From NCBI GenBank assembly GCA_043228905.1, contig JBHGNT010000008.1, positions 10,044,001-10,108,000 on the forward strand: a DNA stretch of 64,000 bases, read 5' to 3'. The translations under genes were made by a program, and so were the position numbers. A model generated the notes under the pieces. That model ran no database searches. It was not told where the DNA came from and was given only the letters and a program-made list of their open reading frames with translations. Shown piece by piece: positions 51,001 through 61,592 of this stretch; the first letter of the stretch is position 1; the number at the start of each line of letters is the position of its first letter. The stretch is from Azolla caroliniana (Eukaryota; Plantae; Polypodiophyta).

Positions 51001-54000
51001 GGTTATCGATCTGAAAAATACCTCCCTCCGGAAGGCCTGTTAGCGCACGGATCGCTTCCTCGGTGATGACTTCTGTGTCGAGCTCCTTGATGACCCGGTC
51101 GGCTTCTTTGTGCGGTGGTGCCTCCATGATGGTCAAGAACCCATCCAGTCCGTGTTGCCTGAGCCATTTCCTGGCCGCTTCCGACAGCGTTTGTGGTTCC
51201 ATGTCTGCTTCGAGGTCGAGGAAAGATGGCGAGGTAGAGTGGTGATGAGAGTGAGAGCGAGAGAGAGAGAGTTCCGAACGTGGGGGTTCTCTGAGTGCAA
51301 ATTCGTGTTTGGTAAGCATCCACCGCCTTGGTGCTTCTGTGCTTCTTGGCTCGCGAAATGAAAAGGTCTCCATGCGTTCTGCTTCTTCTCTGTGCGTCTT
51401 GGCGCCTTTTTCGAGCATGCACACGTCGTGTACCAATTTAGTATTAAGTAATGTGGCGGCACTTAAATGCCCACTACGTACCTTTTCGCTCCTTGCTTTC
51501 ACGTCCGTTCATACCTCGATTTTTAATGATTTCTTTTTTCTTTTTCTTTTTTTTCTTTTTTTTTTTAATGACGGTATGTGATCTTACACATCCGTAGGTC
51601 CCTTCGGACCCTTACCGTTTTCCTTACGGGTTGCCGTGTCTTCCTTCGTCTCGGCTACGGGTTCCCCGTCGTCTTTTTCTTCCATCCGTACCGTTCCCGG
51701 TATAGTGCCGGTGGGCTGCATAAACGGGTTCTTTGGCATCGGTCCTTTATAGGGCTTTAGTCTAAATCCGTTGACCCACTTGCCTAGCACTTCACCGGCA
51801 AGTGTCCCTAACTGATAGGACCCGTTGTATTCCCGTGTCAGCCAATACGGGCCTGTCCATCTAAACCGGAGTTTACCTGGCATCTTGCCCATCCTCATTT
51901 GGAATACTAGCACCGGCTTTCCGATTTCGAACATCTTTTCATTACCTTTCCAGTGACGGTCAACGAACGCTTTCCGTCGTCGTTGCTCCAGTTCCATGTG
52001 TAGGATGCTGGCCAGCCGTTGCTCCTCCAGTTCGCATAGTGCTGCTAGCCGCATTTCCTCCGACTCCTTTTCATTCAGTCATTCCCGTAGTTGGATCCCT
52101 GAAATTCCACCGGCATGACCGCCTCTAAGCCGAACGCTAACCGGAACGGCGTTGTCCGGATACTTGTTTTGTATGCCGTTCGGTACGCCCATAGCGCGCT
52201 ATGGAGCTTTGTATCCCAGTCCGTCCGGTTTTCATTGACGATTTTGCGGAGAATGTTCTAGAGCGTTTTGTTGGTTGACTCTGCTAACCCGTTCGCTTGA
52301 GGGTAGTACGGTGTGCTCCGTTTATGGACCACGGCATAGAACGTTGTTAAGCTTTCAACTACCTGGCCGAGGAAGTGCCCTCCTTGGTCGCTGATTAATT
52401 CAATCGGACATCCATATCGGCACCAAATATTCTCGTACAGGAATTTTGCTGTGGATGACGCGGTATTGTCTCTCAAGGCCTTAGCCTCCACCCATTTAGT
52501 GCAATAATCTGTTGCCACGATGACATCACGATTACCCGTTCTCATTGCCGGTGGCTTGAACGGTCCGACAAAATCCAACCCCCACTTCTGGAATGGCTCT
52601 AGTGGAAGTACCGGTTGGTGTGGCATCCGTGCTTGCTCCGTAGGCTAGCCCATTTGTTGGCATAGGTCACATTCCTTAGCATACTTGACGGCGTCTTTTA
52701 ACGTCGTGGGCCACCATAAGCCGCTCTGCCATACTTTCCTTGCCGTCGCTTCCCTGGCATAGTGTCCTCCGGCAACCCCACAGTGTGCTTCCCGTAAGAT
52801 TACTTGTTTCTCGTCACTACGGACTGCCCGTCTCCATATTCCATCTGCTCCTTTGTGGTAGAGAGTGTCCCGTAACAGACAGAAATTGCGGCTCTGCACC
52901 GCCAATCGTTTCCTCTCGTCCCGGTTCATTTCCTCCGGTGGCAGGCCCGTGCTTAGGAACTGGTGCATGTTTGTCAGCCACCTATCTTCTGATGCCACCG
53001 TGTCGTCCGTTGCCATTTCCGGGGTGATACGGAATAACTCAGCGTCCGGGAATTCATCCGATACTCCGTCGCCTGATTCTCCGGACTCTAACCGGCTCAG
53101 GTAGTCTGCTACGGCATGCTGGATACCAGGCCGGTGGAAGATCTCGAATTCGAACTCCTGCAACAGCAAGGTCCAACGGGCTAACTTACCGGTCAGGGAC
53201 GCCTTGGACACTAAGTACAGGAGCGCCGAGTGATCCACATGAAAGGAGAACTTCCTTCCCAATAGGTAATGACGAAACTTTGTGACACTGTAGATCATGC
53301 CCAGGGCCTCCCGTTCCGTCGTCGAATAGTTCTTCTCCGCTTGGGACAGCTTCCGGCTGGCGTAATATACCGGCCGGTACCATTTAGGCTCCGTAAGTTG
53401 CATTAAGGCGCTACCGATAGCGATGTCGGAAGCGTCAACGAACACATGAAATTCCTTGCTCCAATCCGGAGGCTGCACGACGGGTGCTTGCGACAAAAGT
53501 ACCTTCAGGGCATTGTATGCCTTATCCTCCGTATCCGTCCATTGGAACGGTGTCCGATGTACCGCGGTGTGTAATGGTGTAGCCAAGTCAGCCAAGTGAC
53601 GGAGCATCCGGCTGTGCCACCGGATCTGTCCTAAGAATCGGCTTAGTGCTTTGGCCGTTTTCGGCGCCGGTGCCCCTAGTATCGCGTCTGAAAAGGCTTC
53701 TGCCTCGTTTTCTCCGCTTGCCAGCGCCTCGAGGAGGCGTTCGGTTTCCCGGAGACTACTTAGACTGCTTCCGTCGTCCTGGTCGCGAGTTTGTTGTAAC
53801 CGAAGAGATTCCTCCGTGACTCTCCGGATCTCGTTGGAGAACGAACGATCCGAGCGAATTTCGTGCGCTGCTTGCTGGAAAGTCTCACGCCGTCTTTGCC
53901 GTTCGGCGAGGCGTCGAGCTCGGTCTGTAACCAGGTCGTGCGTTGGTCTCGTCATCCATTAAGCCGTCGTTCGCTGCGAGAAAGCAGGAATCGTGGTCGC

Positions 54001-54427
54001 CAAAACTGTGTTATTCTCTGACCGGACAAGGCCTAACACAAGGTGTCACGGAGACACTTCACCAAAGGGTGATTACGGCATAGGATTAAGATTCAACGAT
54101 TACACCGACTTACGTAGGTTACACGATTATAGTGCTTTTGTTAATTACACACGTAAGATATCACAGTAACTACAGAACGGAAATCAACACAGAAGTATAA
54201 ACACCATATGCTCTATTAATTATCCGCTGCGATTACAATGGGGTCCGGGCCTTTAAATAGGTTTCCGGCCCGTAGTACAAAACGGTGCCTATTGCACCTA
54301 TTCGGGATCCGTCCGGATCTGGAACGGCATACCGTTTCCAGTCCGTCCGTCCACACTATGCTTATTTACAACCATACTTAATTAATTCCTTCACTCCGTA
54401 TTTTGGACTCCTTGCCGGCCGGTAACA
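48081..54427 (-). mobile_element. Internally deleted copy D' of element D, inverted
   Basis: LTRs at 48081-48500 and 54009-54427; TSD AAAAA; lacks the equivalent of D 38385-41870; retains RH, INT and ORF3. Confidence 0.96.
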
Positions 54428-55141
54428 AAAAAGGGGCGTAGCTTTGAGTGGAGGACGGAGCACGCGGAGGCGGTACGGAGACTAAAGGAGGCACTTACGG
54501 TAGCGTCTGTCATGAAGACATACATCTTGGCTTATCATGACATTCATCTTGGCGAACCAGGAATCGAACCCATAACCTCTTGGTTTACATATTGTACTTT
54601 AACCATTGTAATAACATATGTGAGATGTAATCATAATAATTATATGTTTAGTTATTACGAGATATTTAGAACATTCTAGATTATTCTAGAATGTTCTTGA
54701 ATATTTCATGATTATATTTATTATTATTATTATTCATAAATATCTAAAATATTCTAGAACATTCTAGAATACTCCATAAGGGCCTATAAATAAGAGTCCA
54801 TACACTCATCACAACTCATTCGGTTCAACACCAGTCTTTAGCCCTTAGCCTACTCCTTGTAATCTTCTTTCTCATAATATAATCGCATTCCCATTTCTTA
54901 TCTCTCACTTATACTTTTCTCTCTCTCGCACTCTCTCCCTCTTTCACTCTCTTTTGCTATCACTATCGCTATCTCTACCGCTCTCGCCATCTCTATCGTT
55001 ATCGTTATCTCTATCGCCATCTCTCTCTCTCTGCTTCCTACTCAAGAGTCACGACAGTTTGAACCGAATATTTCTTTTCCCTTTCTCCAATAACCCTAGC
55101 AAGCTTTCTTCTTTATCCTTCTTTCTTTTTCCCCCGCGGTT

Positions 55142-56269
55142 ATGGAGTCGGTCAGCAAGCAAGAGTATATGCGTGTCCTTTCGGAGCTCGATATGCTCAC
55201 CACTAAGTTTGTGGCATTAGAGCAAGAAAATCAAAGGCTACTCGGGGATCTTCAACAAGTCAGTACTGAGAAAGCTCATCAATTTGAGGAGTTATCACAA
55301 CGGGTTCATCAACTTGAGGCTACTATATTAACATTACGAGAACAAGCGGCGGGGGTTCAAAACTCCCCAAGGGAACCAAAGATTAGCCTCCCTGCCAAGT
55401 TTGATGGTACCAGATCTCTCTTTCGAGGTTTCCTGAATCAAGTTCGTTTGGTGATTCAGTTACATCCCAATCGGTATCCAACTGATGCTGCCCGTGTGGG
55501 ATTAATAGGAACCTTGCTAAGCGGTACAGCGTTAGCATGGTTTGCACCACTTCTTGAGAAGAAATCACCATTACTGGAGGATTTCGAGGCATTCGTTAAG
55601 GAGTTTCAAGCTAGTTTTGGAGATACGGATAGCACTAGGACTGCAATAAACAAGATTCGAAGACTCCGACAAGGAGATCGTCCCGCTTCAGCTTATGCCG
55701 CAGATTTCCGTCTCTTGGCATGCGACATCCCTTGGGATGAGGCAGCCTTAATGGATCAATTCCGTCAGGGTTTGCGTAACGATGTCAAAGATCTTCTTCT
55801 TACTTTCCATGAAGATCCAAAGTCTCTTACTGAAGCTATTAGCCGAGCTGTGCGATGTGATAATCGCCTATTTGAGCGACGTTCTGAACGTCAACAAATG
55901 TTACGCCGCCAACCGGAACAGACATACGCTTCTATAGTCGCCACACCGCCACAAGGTTCTAGACCCGTTACGAGGGATGGTCCCACTCCGATGGAAATAG
56001 AGTCGACACAACGTCGAGGGCCCTTATCAGATGCTGAGAAACAACGACGTCGGGCGCATCGCCTATGCCTCTACTGTGGTGGTCCAGGACATATAGCTGT
56101 GAATTGTCCACATAAACCCAGGCGTCAAGTTTACCAAGTAAGTGCACATGACAACCCTACATCAAGTTCTACTATCACTTCTAATAACTTAAGTACTAAG
56201 CCTAATAGCCCATGCCATGAGAATAGATTTGATGTCTTGAGCCAATTAGAGGATGTGTTAAACGAATAA
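55142..56269 (+). CDS. gag: Gag with CCHC knuckle
   Basis: 375 aa, homologous to 25287-26456. Confidence 0.96.
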   Translation: MESVSKQEYMRVLSELDMLTTKFVALEQENQRLLGDLQQVSTEKAHQFEELSQRVHQLEATILTLREQAAGVQNSPREPKISLPAKFDGTRSLFRGFLNQVRLVIQLHPNRYPTDAARVGLIGTLLSGTALAWFAPLLEKKSPLLEDFEAFVKEFQASFGDTDSTRTAINKIRRLRQGDRPASAYAADFRLLACDIPWDEAALMDQFRQGLRNDVKDLLLTFHEDPKSLTEAISRAVRCDNRLFERRSERQQMLRRQPEQTYASIVATPPQGSRPVTRDGPTPMEIESTQRRGPLSDAEKQRRRAHRLCLYCGGPGHIAVNCPHKPRRQVYQVSAHDNPTSSSTITSNNLSTKPNSPCHENRFDVLSQLEDVLNE

Positions 56270-59200
56270 GTCCGGCCAAAATAGGAGCCATTTGGTTGGA
56301 CCATCCTAGTTATGTAGAGTCAGTACCTAGTTGTGGTTCCATTGCATCAAATCAAGTTAGTAGAGTTTTTTCTGCACAAGTCGAGCTTAGCACATCTACA
56401 GGTCATCGCGCCCTAGCCTCTGCCCTCCTAGATTCCGGAGCCAATTCTTGTTTCATGGATCGCGAGTTTGCATTGACTCAAAACATCATCTTGAAAAAAC
56501 TCCCAAACCCAGTAGCTGTAGGAGTCATCGATGGTCGCCCTATAGCATCAGGAGATATAGTCGAAGAGTCTGAACCAATTCGTGTAGTCCTAGGTAATTT
56601 GGCTAGTGTCATCTCATTTAACATCATTAGTAGTCCGGAGCACTCTCTAGTTCTTGGTCTTCCTTGGTTTGAGTTACATAACCCAACCATTGATTGGAGA
56701 AAAAGAACTATTGAAGAGGTCACCGTACAATCCAAGTCTCTTGAAGCTCCAACTAAGGATCTAGGATCCCCCACAATTTCAACAATCTCTATACATCAAT
56801 TACGAGAGGATGGAAGAAAGGAAGACATGATGGTATTTGCGGTTTTAGCAACTCCCTCATCTAGCTCACAAGAATTGGGGGTCCAACTACCAAAGAAGTA
56901 CATAGAATTCTCCGATGTGTTCGATAAGGTGAAGGCTAATAGACTACCAGAGCATCGACCATATGATTGCCCAATTGATTTGCAGCCAGGAAAAGAGCCT
57001 CCATGGGGACCAATTTATAATCTTTCGCCCACGGAGTTAGAGGTTCTTCGAGAATATATCAATGAGAACTTGGCAAATGGTTTCATCCAACATTCAAAAT
57101 CTCCTGCTGGTGCACCCATCTTTTTCGTTAAGAAGAAAGATGGTACGCTTCGTATGGTCGTGGATTATCGAGGCTTGAATAAAGTGACCGTTAGAAACCG
57201 ATATGCTCTCCCATTGATCTCAAGCCTTCTAGAACGCCTCAGTGAAGCAAAGTATTTCACGAAGTTAGATCTTCGAGGTGCCTACAACCTTGTTCGAATT
57301 CGTCCTGGGGATGAATGGAAGACGGCGTTCCGCACTCGCTATGGTCATTTTGAGTACACAGTGATGCCTTTTGGCCTCACGAATGCACCAGCAGTCTTCC
57401 AACATATGGCGAATGATATTTTTCGAGACTTCCTCGATATCTTCATCATTGTTTACCTGGATGATATCTTGATCTACTCAAAAACTCAAGAAGAACATGA
57501 TATACATGTTTGCCAAGTTTTGCAACGGCTACGAGAGTATGGTCTCTATGCAAAATTGGAGAAGTGTAGTTTCGACCAATGTCAAGTGGAGTTTTTGGGG
57601 TACATAGTCTCTTCAAATGGCATCTCTATGGATCCATCAAAGGTTCAAACAATTTTGGATTGGCAAACACCACAGTCCGTGCGAGATGTGCAATGTTTTT
57701 TGGGGTTCGCAAACTTTTATCGCAAGTTCATCAAAGATTATTCAAAAATTGTGTTGCCCCTCACTCAATTGACGCACAAGAATCGATCATTTGTATGGAG
57801 TATAGATGCGAACTCTGCATTTGAGGGTTTAAAGCAAGCATTTACATCCGCACCAATCTTAATCCATGTCGATCCAATGAGGCGCTTTATACTTGAAGCT
57901 GATGCATCGGATTTCGCACTCGGAAGTGTACTATCCCAAATTGGTGATGATGGTGAACTGCACCCGGTGGCTTTTCACTCACGAAAATTTGAAGCCGCAG
58001 AAATCAACTACGAGATTCACGACAAAGAGCTTCTTGCCATTGTGGATTCTTTTCAACAATGGCGTCATTTTCTGGAGGGTTCTTCTCAGCAGATTATTGT
58101 CTACAATGATCATAAAAATCTAACATACTTTCAAAGTGCTCGAGTCTTGAATCGACGACAAGCTCGTTGGGCGCAGTTCTTAACTCGTTTCGATTTTGTA
58201 ATTCTATATCGCCCTGGGATGCAACAAGGAAAAGCAGATGCTTTATCTAGACGTTCGTATATGGAACTTCAACCTGGAGAGGCCGCATTTGAAAGCCAAA
58301 AGCAAATCCTCTTAGGTCCTGATCGTCTACGAATAATGGCAATGCATACCATCAACACACCGGGAGATTCAAGGCTTCTTGATTCCATTCGTGAGCAGAT
58401 TGCGACTGATGCGTTCGCCCAAGAGGTTTTGAGCCATATTATCCCAAATCGTGCATCTAGCTCCCAAACTCAAAATCCTCGTCTAGACTACACCCAGTTT
58501 AGTTGGCATGATGGGTTACTTTTTCGACAAACTCTCTTGTATGTGCCTGACGGTCCTTCTCGACTCAAAGTCATGCAACAATGTCATGACACACCAATGG
58601 CGGGACACTTCGGCATCCACAAGACTTTTGAGTTGATTTCTCGCCGATATTGGTGGCCACGGCTTCGCCATTTTGTTACGGATTATGTTCGTAGCTGTGA
58701 TACATGTTGCCGATCAAAAAAACCTCGACATCATCCATATGGCTTATTACAGCCCATGCCTATTCCGGAGAGCCCATGGAAATCTATTTCCTTGGACTTT
58801 ATTACGGATCTTCCACCTTCCAAGGGATTTGATTCGATTCTCACGGTTGTCGATCGTTTTACAAAGATGGCACATTTCCTTCCATGCACAAAGACCATTA
58901 CTAGTCAAGAGACAGCTGATTTACTCATGCGGGAGGTGTTTCGCCATCATGGTCTTCCGGATGATATTATCAGTGATCGGGGTCCCCAATTCATCTCGAA
59001 ATTTTGGCGGCACATGTTCAAACTCTTACATACTTCTTGTAAACTCTCTTCCGGCTACCATCCAGAGACTAATGGGCAGAGTGAGCGCACCAACCAAACA
59101 GTCGAGCAATATCTACGTTGTTTTGTCAACTATCAACAAGATGATTGGGTGGATTTACTACCTTTGGCAGAATTTGCTTATAACAACTCCGAGCATTCTT

Positions 59201-59901
59201 CTACTGGATATTCTCCATTTTTTGCAAACATTGGGTACCATCCTCGTTGGACGATGCTTGAACATCCTGAACTCCCAAAAAACCCAGCTGCTGAAGATCG
59301 GCTCACTCGACTCCAAGAAGTTCAGGATATGCTTTTGCATCATTTATGTGAAGCCCAAAACACTCAAAAGAAGATTGCTGACCGTCATCGGCGTGATTCA
59401 TCGACTACATTTCAAGTAGGCGATCGTGTATGGCTCTTACAAGGTAGCATTAAAACGACCCGACCTTGCTACAAATTGGATTATCAACGTTTTGGCCCAT
59501 ATGTCATAAGTGGTAAGATCAATGATGTGACATTTCGTCTTGATCTTCCTCCTCATATGCGTCTTCACCCGGTCTTCCATGTTTCACTTTTGGAGCCCTA
59601 CACAACGAGCTCTATTCCGGGTCGTGTTACACCTCCCCCACCTCCAATTGACGTTTCCAATGGCTCTGAATATGAGGTTGCCGCTATCCTCGACTCCAAG
59701 ATCATTCGCAACAAACTATACTACTTGGTTGATTGGTTAGGCTATACACCTAATGATCGAACATGGGAGCCTGCCGAACATCTTGCCAATGCCTCCGACA
59801 TGGTTGTTGCATTTCACAACCAATATCCTCATAAACCAAGTCTGAACTCTTTTCTTCCTACTCGTGCAACTCGTCATCGAAAAGGGGGGATAATGTCATG
59901 A
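56257..59901 (+). CDS. pol: Pol (PR-RT-RH-INT-chromodomain), -1 frame relative to gag
   Basis: 1201-aa ORF: LLDSGA, YLDDI, HHCC, SDRGPQF, chromodomain EYEVAAILDS. Confidence 0.96.
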   Translation, partial: VKRISPAKIGAIWLDHPSYVESVPSCGSIASNQVSRVFSAQVELSTSTGHRALASALLDSGANSCFMDREFALTQNIILKKLPNPVAVGVIDGRPIASGDIVEESEPIRVVLGNLASVISFNIISSPEHSLVLGLPWFELHNPTIDWRKRTIEEVTVQSKSLEAPTKDLGSPTISTISIHQLREDGRKEDMMVFAVLATPSSSSQELGVQLPKKYIEFSDVFDKVKANRLPEHRPYDCPIDLQPGKEPPWGPIYNLSPTELEVLREYINENLANGFIQHSKSPAGAPIFFVKKKDGTLRMVVDYRGLNKVTVRNRYALPLISSLLERLSEAKYFTKLDLRGAYNLVRIRPGDEWKTAFRTRYGHFEYTVMPFGLTNAPAVFQHMANDIFRDFLDIFIIVYLDDILIYSKTQEEHDIHVCQVLQRLREYGLYAKLEKCSFDQCQVEFLGYIVSSNGISMDPSKVQTILDWQTPQSVRDVQCFLGFANFYRKFIKDYSKIVLPLTQLTHKNRSFVWSIDANSAFEGLKQAFTSAPILIHVDPMRRFILEADASDFALGSVLSQIGDDGELHPVAFHSRKFEAAEINYEIHDKELLAIVDSFQQWRHFLEGSSQQIIVYNDHKNLTYFQSARVLNRRQARWAQFLTRFDFVILYRPGMQQGKADALSRRSYMELQPGEAAFESQKQILLGPDRLRIMAMHTINTPGDSRLLDSIREQIATDAFAQEVLSHIIPNRASSSQTQNPRLDYTQFSWHDGLLFRQTLLYVPDGPSRLKVMQQCHDTPMAGHFGIHKTFELISRRYWWPRLRHFVTDYVRSCDTCCRSKKPRHHPYGLLQPMPIPESPWKSISLDFITDLPPSKGFDSILTVVDRFTKMAHFLPCTKTITSQETADLLMREVFRHHGLPDDIISDRGPQFISKFWRHMFKLLHTSCKLSSGYHPETNGQSERTNQTVEQYLRCFVNYQQDDWVDLLPLAEFAYNNSEHSSTGYSPFFANIGYHPRWTMLEHPELPKNPAAEDRLTRLQEVQDMLLHHLCEAQNTQKKIADRHRRDSSTTFQVGDRVWLLQGSIKTTRPCYKLDYQRFGPYVISGKINDVTFRLDLPPHMRLHPVFHVSLLEPYTTSSIPGRVTPPPPPIDVSNGSEYEVAAILDSKIIRNKLYYLVDWLGYTPNDRTWEPAEHLANASDMVVAFHNQYPHKPSLNSFLPTRATRHRKGGIMS

Positions 59902-61592
59902 AGACATACATCTTGGCTTATCATGACATTCATCTTGGCGAACCAGGAATCGAACCCATAACCTCTTGGTTTACATATTGTACTTTAACCATTGTAATAA
60001 CATATGTGAGATGTAATCATAATAATTATATGTTTAGTTATTACGAGATATTTAGAACATTCTAGATTATTCTAGAATGTTCTTGAATATTTCATGATTA
60101 TATTTATTATTATTATTATTCATAAATATCTAAAATATTCTAGAACATTCTAGAATACTCCATAAGGGCCTATAAATAAGAGTCCATACACTCATCACAA
60201 CTCATTCGGTTCAACACCAGTCTTTAGCCCTTAGCCTACTCCTTGTAATCTTCTTTCTCATAATATAATCGCATTCCCATTTCTTATCTCTCACTTATAC
60301 TTTTCTCTCTCTCGCACTCTCTCCCTCTTTCACTCTCTTTTGCTATCACTATCGCTATCTCTACCGCTCTCGCCATCTCTATCATTATCGTTATCTCTAT
60401 CGCCATCTCTCTCTCTCTGCTTCCTACTCAAGAGTCACGACAGCGTCGGCTCTCCATAAAGCGGTTTACGGCAAGGATGTTCCCATCTGCGTGACCGTGG
60501 ACACCAGCCCGACCGGGATCAGGTGGGTAATCAGTCAGGAGGACAAGGACGGCGTACGATTCCCGATCCGGTTCGGGGCGAAGGTATTGAGCGAGCGGTA
60601 GCGAGGATACACCCAAGTTAAGCGCGAACTTTGGGGTGTCGTTTCGGCAGTCAAGGCCGACCAGGATTATCTGATCGGGATGGAGGTGATCATCGAGACG
60701 GACTGCCTGCCGATACTCGGCATGGTTTTCGGATGCGCGACGCCGGACCAAGCAATGCTCTGGTGGATAGCGTACATTAAGTCCATGAACCCGGAGATAT
60801 GGCACATCTCCGAAAAGGACAACGCCATGGCCGACATGCTTTCGAGGGCAAGGTTCAACGACGAAGACGGCATGGTTTCGGATGACGAAGAAATCGGCGA
60901 GGACTTCTTCGGGTCGTCTAACGTAACGACGAGGAAAGGGAACACTCCGGCGCTTAATGAATTTGACGAAAGCAGGTACGACGGGGAGTGGCTCCAAATC
61001 AGGAGGTTCCTACGGACGATGACGTCGGATGTAGCATGGGCGAGAGAGGAGGTGAGCCGGATATGGAAGAAGGCGTACCGATTCTTCCTGCGGGACGGGT
61101 GCATATGGAGGCACCCAAAGAAGAGAAGCGGCATCCCACTCCGAGTAGTGGCAAAGAAAGAAGAACAGGGGAAACTACTAGCGGCATTTCCCCTAGGCCG
61201 GACACCGTGGAATGTGGGCCACGTTCGAGAAGCTGAAGGAGAAGTATTGGTGGCCGGGGCTGTACCAGGACATGCATCGGTTCGTAACGACTTGCGAAAG
61301 CTGTTAGATGCACTCCGTAGTCCGACATCAGGACGAGCTACACCCGACTTACCCGCCTACGGTCCATTTCAAGTGGATGGTAGACTTGGTGACGATGCCG
61401 ATGGGGGTAGGACAGATGCGATACCTGGTGCTTGCACGGGAAGGCTTAACGAACCAAGTGGAAGGCCGTGCATTGCAAAGCAAGACAACCACGGTGGTAT
61501 CCCGGTTCTTGATCGAAGAAGTAGTGTGCCGGTACGGGTGCGTCGGGAGGATCGTGGCGGACCGGGGAGAGTTGGATGCGCGGGAGGCTGAG

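Larger units (their letters stand above)
54508..60442 (+). mobile_element. Intact chromovirus (Tcn1/Tf1-like), second family
   Basis: 549-bp LTRs at 54508-55056 and 59894-60442; TSD GCGTC; PPT AAAGGGGGGA at 59881; intact gag and pol. Confidence 0.98.
28271..61592 (+). mobile_element. Autonomous-type Trp-primed Gypsy element C2 (Ylt1-like motifs), fragmented by five insertions; 3' end outside window
   Basis: 5' LTR 28271-28976, PBS TGGTGAACCCGACGTGA at 28981. Pieces: gag 29022-30204 and 35862 onward; PR LVDHGSEIN about 36420; pol 37028-37644, 47482-47924, 48025-48080, 54433-54507, 60448-61592. The frame rejoins across the TSDs I could check. Confidence 0.9.

Noticed and set aside
54550-54625. 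Possible tRNA genes at the B-box motifs (also 21647-21705, 47018-47055, 61916-61981)
   Set aside because: No acceptor-stem pairing or anticodon arm; all lie within retroelements. Reported as tRNA-like motifs only.
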